DNA of 64,000 nucleotides from Acholeplasma sp. (GTDB lineage Bacteria; Bacillota_I; Bacilli_A; Acholeplasmatales; UBA5453): NCBI GenBank assembly GCA_036677365.1, contig JAVBWN010000015.1, positions 15,847 to 79,846 of the forward strand, read 5' to 3'. Shown piece by piece: positions 60,182 to 64,000 of this stretch (position 1 is its first letter; each line of letters starts with the position of its first letter). The notes under the pieces were generated by a model. It saw only the letters and a program-made list of their open reading frames with translations, ran no database searches and was not told where the DNA came from. The position numbers and the translations under genes were made by a program.

Positions 60182-60230
60182 ATTATACATAAATTCCCCA
60201 TAATTTGCAATCGAAACACTTGAGTGCCAA
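60182..60230 (-). promoter_or_regulatory. lon promoter with overlapping CIRCE (HrcA operator)
   Basis: TTGGCACTC-N9-GATTGCAAA (60230-60204) against consensus TTAGCACTC-N9-GAGTGCTAA; TTGCAA-17-TATAAT. Confidence 0.8.
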
Positions 60231-60271
60231 TTATGGATTTAAATAAAGGACACCGAGGTGCCCTAAATCCA

Positions 60272-61555
60272 TTAAACTTCTTTAACGCTTGCAGTTAATA
60301 AATCAATTGCTTTGTTGAATGTCACTTCATTGGAGACCACTTCTGGTTCAAGTTGTTTCTTGACATCCGCAACGCTTAATTTATACATTTTAGCGATTTC
60401 ATCGTATTTCGCATCGATTTCAGCTTCGCTTGCTACGATGTTTTCTTTTTGAGCAACCGCTTCAATGACTAAGCTTGTTAAGACTCTATCTTTGGCTTGC
60501 TTGTTCATTTCTGCATTGAATTGATCCATCGTTAAACCGTTGAGTTGAACGAACATTTCAAAGTCAATGTTGTATTGTTTTGCTTGGTTTTCAACATTCT
60601 TACGAAGTTGTTTGACTTCTTGGTCAATCATTTCTTCTGGGATGTCAACAGATGCATTATCGCATGCAAACTTGACTGCAGAACCGGTGATGCGGTCAGC
60701 TTCACTGGATTCTTTTTGTTTTTCGAGGTTTGCTTTGATGTCTGCTCTTAAAGCATCGACGGTTTCAACGCCTTCACGCTTTAAACCAACGACGAATTCA
60801 TCGTTTAACACTTCAAGTTTTGCGACTTTGATTTCATGTAATTTCACTTTGAATACCGCTTTTTTACCTGCAAGGTGTTCTGCTTGGTATTGTTCAGGGA
60901 ATTGAACATTCACGTCTCTAGATTCACCGATGCGTAAGCCTACCATACCATCTTCAAAACCTGGGATAAATTGTCCTGAACCGATGACCAATTCGTAGTT
61001 TTCTGCTTTACCACCATCGAATGGGACATTGTCTACAAAGCCTTCAAAATCGAAAATTGCGGTATCACCATTTTCAAGTACATCCGATGTTTTTGCTTCT
61101 AATGACGAATTTTGTGCCAATAGTTTTTTGATTTCAGCTTCCACTTCTGCTTCAGATGCAACCAAATTCTTTTTCGCTACTTCGACACCTTTGTAATCGC
61201 CTAAAACAACTTCTGGTTTCACTGGAACGATGATTGAAACCGAGAATGGTTCGCCTCTTTTGACAGATTTGATGTCTAAATCGATTTGTGGTTCACCCAC
61301 GACAACGACAGACTTTTCATCGAAAATTTGTTGATATAAATGGCTGATGACGTGGTTTAAAGCATCTTCATATAGAGATTCAACACCAAATTTAGTTTCA
61401 AAAATATTTCTAGGTACTTTGCCTTTTCTAAACCCTTTTACTTCGACATTTTGAACTGCGTGTTCAAACGCATGATCTAGACCATGTTCGAATTCGTGTG
61501 GGGTTACTTCAAACGTAAACTTTGCACGATTTGTTGATAGTTTTTCAAATTTCAT
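60272..61555 (-). CDS. tig: Trigger factor
   Basis: GFRKGK motif and FKBP domain GSGQFIPGFE. Confidence 0.96.
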   Translation of the reverse strand: MKFEKLSTNRAKFTFEVTPHEFEHGLDHAFEHAVQNVEVKGFRKGKVPRNIFETKFGVESLYEDALNHVISHLYQQIFDEKSVVVVGEPQIDLDIKSVKRGEPFSVSIIVPVKPEVVLGDYKGVEVAKKNLVASEAEVEAEIKKLLAQNSSLEAKTSDVLENGDTAIFDFEGFVDNVPFDGGKAENYELVIGSGQFIPGFEDGMVGLRIGESRDVNVQFPEQYQAEHLAGKKAVFKVKLHEIKVAKLEVLNDEFVVGLKREGVETVDALRADIKANLEKQKESSEADRITGSAVKFACDNASVDIPEEMIDQEVKQLRKNVENQAKQYNIDFEMFVQLNGLTMDQFNAEMNKQAKDRVLTSLVIEAVAQKENIVASEAEIDAKYDEIAKMYKLSVADVKKQLEPEVVSNEVTFNKAIDLLTASVKEV

Positions 61556-61721
61556 TGTATTTCCTCCTGAGCCTATTTAATTATAGCATAATCTTCCTTT
61601 TTGTAAATGTTTTTACCTACTTTATGTAATAATATGGGGAGTATATCTTCACAATTGGATGTGATATAATGATATTGATAAGAAAATCAGTTGATGATTT
61701 TCAGTGAAGGAGGGCTCATAA

Positions 61722-62876
61722 ATGAAGAAATTTTTCGGATGGGTTCGCAATACCATCGTTGTCCTAGGACTGCTCTATGTGACGAGCATTTTTGTCGATA
61801 TTCGCATTGAAGGGGTCCCACTCAATACGGTCTATGAAACAGCTGCAAAAGAGACCTATAAGTTCATTGGCGACTTAATCGATCGTATCCGTAAGGAACC
61901 TGAAGTAACCACACTAACCATCACTAGAAATGATGAAGGTCAATACGAATTTTCTACCACCATTAAAAATGTCACGAAAGATGAATTGATTTCCATCACC
62001 ATCGATGGGGTCACCTACACAGATTTTGATATCGTTAGTCACCGGACATCGATTGTTGTCAAATTTGTTGCTGATGTCACTTTTGAGCCTGGTGAAGCCA
62101 ACAAACAATTCACCATCAACAATATTCGATACACCCGTAACGATACCGAACACATCCTCAATGCCGATGTCATAGGTACCGCATTCAAGTCCATCGACTT
62201 GGCGATTGTGGAGGCTAGAAAGTCTAGTGTTATTGGGATTTATAATTGTGTTCAAGGCGAATTTATGACCACCTGTAATTCTTGGGGTTCTGGTGTCATA
62301 TTTGATCGAGACAGCCGTCAAGTCACCGTAGGATTAAATACATTTACTGAATATGACTATTACATCATCACCAATGCCCATGTGGTTGAAGGTGGCACAA
62401 TTTACCGCATTTATTATAACGGTAGTGAACTAAATGATAAGGCCACTTTAGAGGGGACTTATACTGTCGATACCGATTTAGCCATATTGAAATTGACTAC
62501 CCGTGCTCAATTGGTTGTTCTCAATGATAGTCAGTTTACAACTAAAGAAGCATTACCTGTATACCAAGGACAAACCGTCTTCTCCATTGGGTCTCCAGGC
62601 GGTCCACAAAACTTCAATACCGTCAAAGAAGGCGTTGTCACTGCACTCAATGTCCCCATCAGTTTAGGTACAGATTCCGATTTATGCACATCGACCTGTA
62701 GTTCATTCCAAACCAACGCCGCTTTAGGGGCTGGGTCATCGGGTGGGGCGATGTTTGACAGTGCAGGTAACTTAATTGGTATCCATTTTGCAGGCAATGA
62801 AGAAAATACCATTTCATCCGAGATTCCAATGGAAAAAGTATTCGAAGCCATCGAAGCTATTCTCAATCAAGACTAA
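61722..62876 (+). CDS. Membrane-anchored trypsin-like (S1C) serine protease without PDZ domain
   Basis: N-terminal TM; triad TNAHVV, DLA, GSSGG. Confidence 0.88.
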   Translation: MKKFFGWVRNTIVVLGLLYVTSIFVDIRIEGVPLNTVYETAAKETYKFIGDLIDRIRKEPEVTTLTITRNDEGQYEFSTTIKNVTKDELISITIDGVTYTDFDIVSHRTSIVVKFVADVTFEPGEANKQFTINNIRYTRNDTEHILNADVIGTAFKSIDLAIVEARKSSVIGIYNCVQGEFMTTCNSWGSGVIFDRDSRQVTVGLNTFTEYDYYIITNAHVVEGGTIYRIYYNGSELNDKATLEGTYTVDTDLAILKLTTRAQLVVLNDSQFTTKEALPVYQGQTVFSIGSPGGPQNFNTVKEGVVTALNVPISLGTDSDLCTSTCSSFQTNAALGAGSSGGAMFDSAGNLIGIHFAGNEENTISSEIPMEKVFEAIEAILNQD

Positions 62877-62881
62877 AAACA

Positions 62882-62914
62882 AAGGAACTTTTCAATCTCG
62901 AAAAGTTCCTTTTT
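62882..62914 (+). terminator. Intrinsic terminator after the protease
   Basis: AAAGGAACTTTTC/GAAAAGTTCCTTT stem plus Ts. Confidence 0.8.
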
Positions 62915-64000
62915 CATTTACTAGGAAAGTTCGTCTTTTATTGTTCGCTTTCCGAATGTTCTTTCAATCAGTTTATATAATTCTACTATAAACTTGGTAT
63001 GAAATACGCGTATTGTGAAAATTGTATATAATTAAATAGTGTCATAAAATGTATAAATAAGAGTGTTTTTATGGTATTATATAAATAAGGAAGGAGGACG
63101 TCATTATGCCTTATAAAGCCCTAAAAACAAGACTCTATTTGAATTCAAATCAACATCAGTTTCTACTATCATTGATGCGTGCTTCAAGAAGTCTCTATAA
63201 TCAAGCCCTTTATAATGTAAGACAACATTTTATAAAAACCAATGGCTACTTATCCTATAACGAAAACTATCAACTACTCAAAGACAGTGAACACTATCGT
63301 TATTTAAGTACTACTCAAGGTCAAATGGTCATTCGTAAGGTTGATGAAGCGATGAAAGGCTTCTTTGGATCATTGAAGTCAAAAGTCAAACAAACCATCA
63401 GACTACCGAGATACTTAAAGAAAGACACCTATTATCCCATCTATGACCGAATGGTCTATAAACCAAATCATGAAGTCTATACCTTACCAAGAAGTAACTT
63501 CATCAAGAAAGTATCAAAAGCATTAGAATTGGATTCAAAACAGATTCATAAACATACCTTTGAGTTAAATGAAGTCGATTCTCTATCCTTAGACATACCA
63601 ACACCAACGTGTATCCAAAACAAACCAATCAAAGAAATCACCATCAAATCTTATTATGATGGCAGATACATCGAAGTGGTTTATGTCTATCTAGATGAAA
63701 CACCTAAAGTTGAAACAAGTCATCAAACAGAAACCATGGGTATTGATTTTGGGTATAACAACTTAGCGTTTTGTTCAGTCACGAATAATACCCATTTATT
63801 GTTAGATGGAAAACGATTAAAGAGTATGAATCAGTTTTATCATAAACGAATCGCGAAACTCGCGAGCATTAGACCCAATCAAACCATACTCACCAAACAA
63901 ATGATTCATCTGATGGATAAGCGTAATCATCAAATGGATTATGGAATCTATAAAGCAGCTAAACTCATCATGAATCACGCAGTTAAGAATAAGGTAAAAC
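62915..64000 (+). mobile_element. Probable IS200/IS605-family (IS1341-like) element, left part; boundary approximate
   Basis: tnpB ORF with no tnpA upstream; short inverted repeats in the 5' region. Confidence 0.55.
63106..64000 (+). CDS. tnpB: RNA-guided nuclease TnpB, partial (runs off the right edge)
   Basis: Manual translation MPYKALKTRL..RSLYNQALY..RLPRYLKK..IEVVY..MGIDFGYNNLA..GKRLKSMNQFYHK; RuvC-I Asp codon at 63745; SD AGGAGG. Confidence 0.9.
   Translation, partial: MPYKALKTRLYLNSNQHQFLLSLMRASRSLYNQALYNVRQHFIKTNGYLSYNENYQLLKDSEHYRYLSTTQGQMVIRKVDEAMKGFFGSLKSKVKQTIRLPRYLKKDTYYPIYDRMVYKPNHEVYTLPRSNFIKKVSKALELDSKQIHKHTFELNEVDSLSLDIPTPTCIQNKPIKEITIKSYYDGRYIEVVYVYLDETPKVETSHQTETMGIDFGYNNLAFCSVTNNTHLLLDGKRLKSMNQFYHKRIAKLASIRPNQTILTKQMIHLMDKRNHQMDYGIYKAAKLIMNHAVKNKVK

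Noticed and set aside
1..64000. CRISPR arrays, tRNA/rRNA genes, prophage or integrase
   Set aside because: No regularly spaced repeats, cloverleafs, rRNA signatures or phage genes seen; intergenic regions are short and mostly explained

Overview
Bacterial chromosomal window, almost all on the minus strand. Gene content, standard TGA stops, T-box/L20/L21 leaders and a CIRCE at lon suggest an Acholeplasmataceae-like mollicute; this is inference. Housekeeping genes include a DEAD helicase, galU, infC-rpmI-rplT, pepP, pgm, coaX, trmB, ptsH, uppP, queA, ruvAB, obg-rpmA-prp-rplU, radC, folC, valS, engB, lon and tig. They flank a ~20 kb pectin/galacturonate locus (13961-34500: uxaBAC, CE8, an ABC importer with an Ig-stalked binding lipoprotein and five extra membrane proteins, GH28, eda, kdgK, IclR, kduID). 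Three elements are missing from the ORF track: a partial Fic gene (left edge), a partial TnpB (right edge) and a 6S-like ncRNA at ~2300-2447. The best candidate for an undescribed system is a coupled four-gene operon (6495-9114): a secreted protein with an aerolysin-type beta-pore-forming pattern, a second exported protein and an ABC transporter. All calls come from reading motifs by eye; no searches were run.
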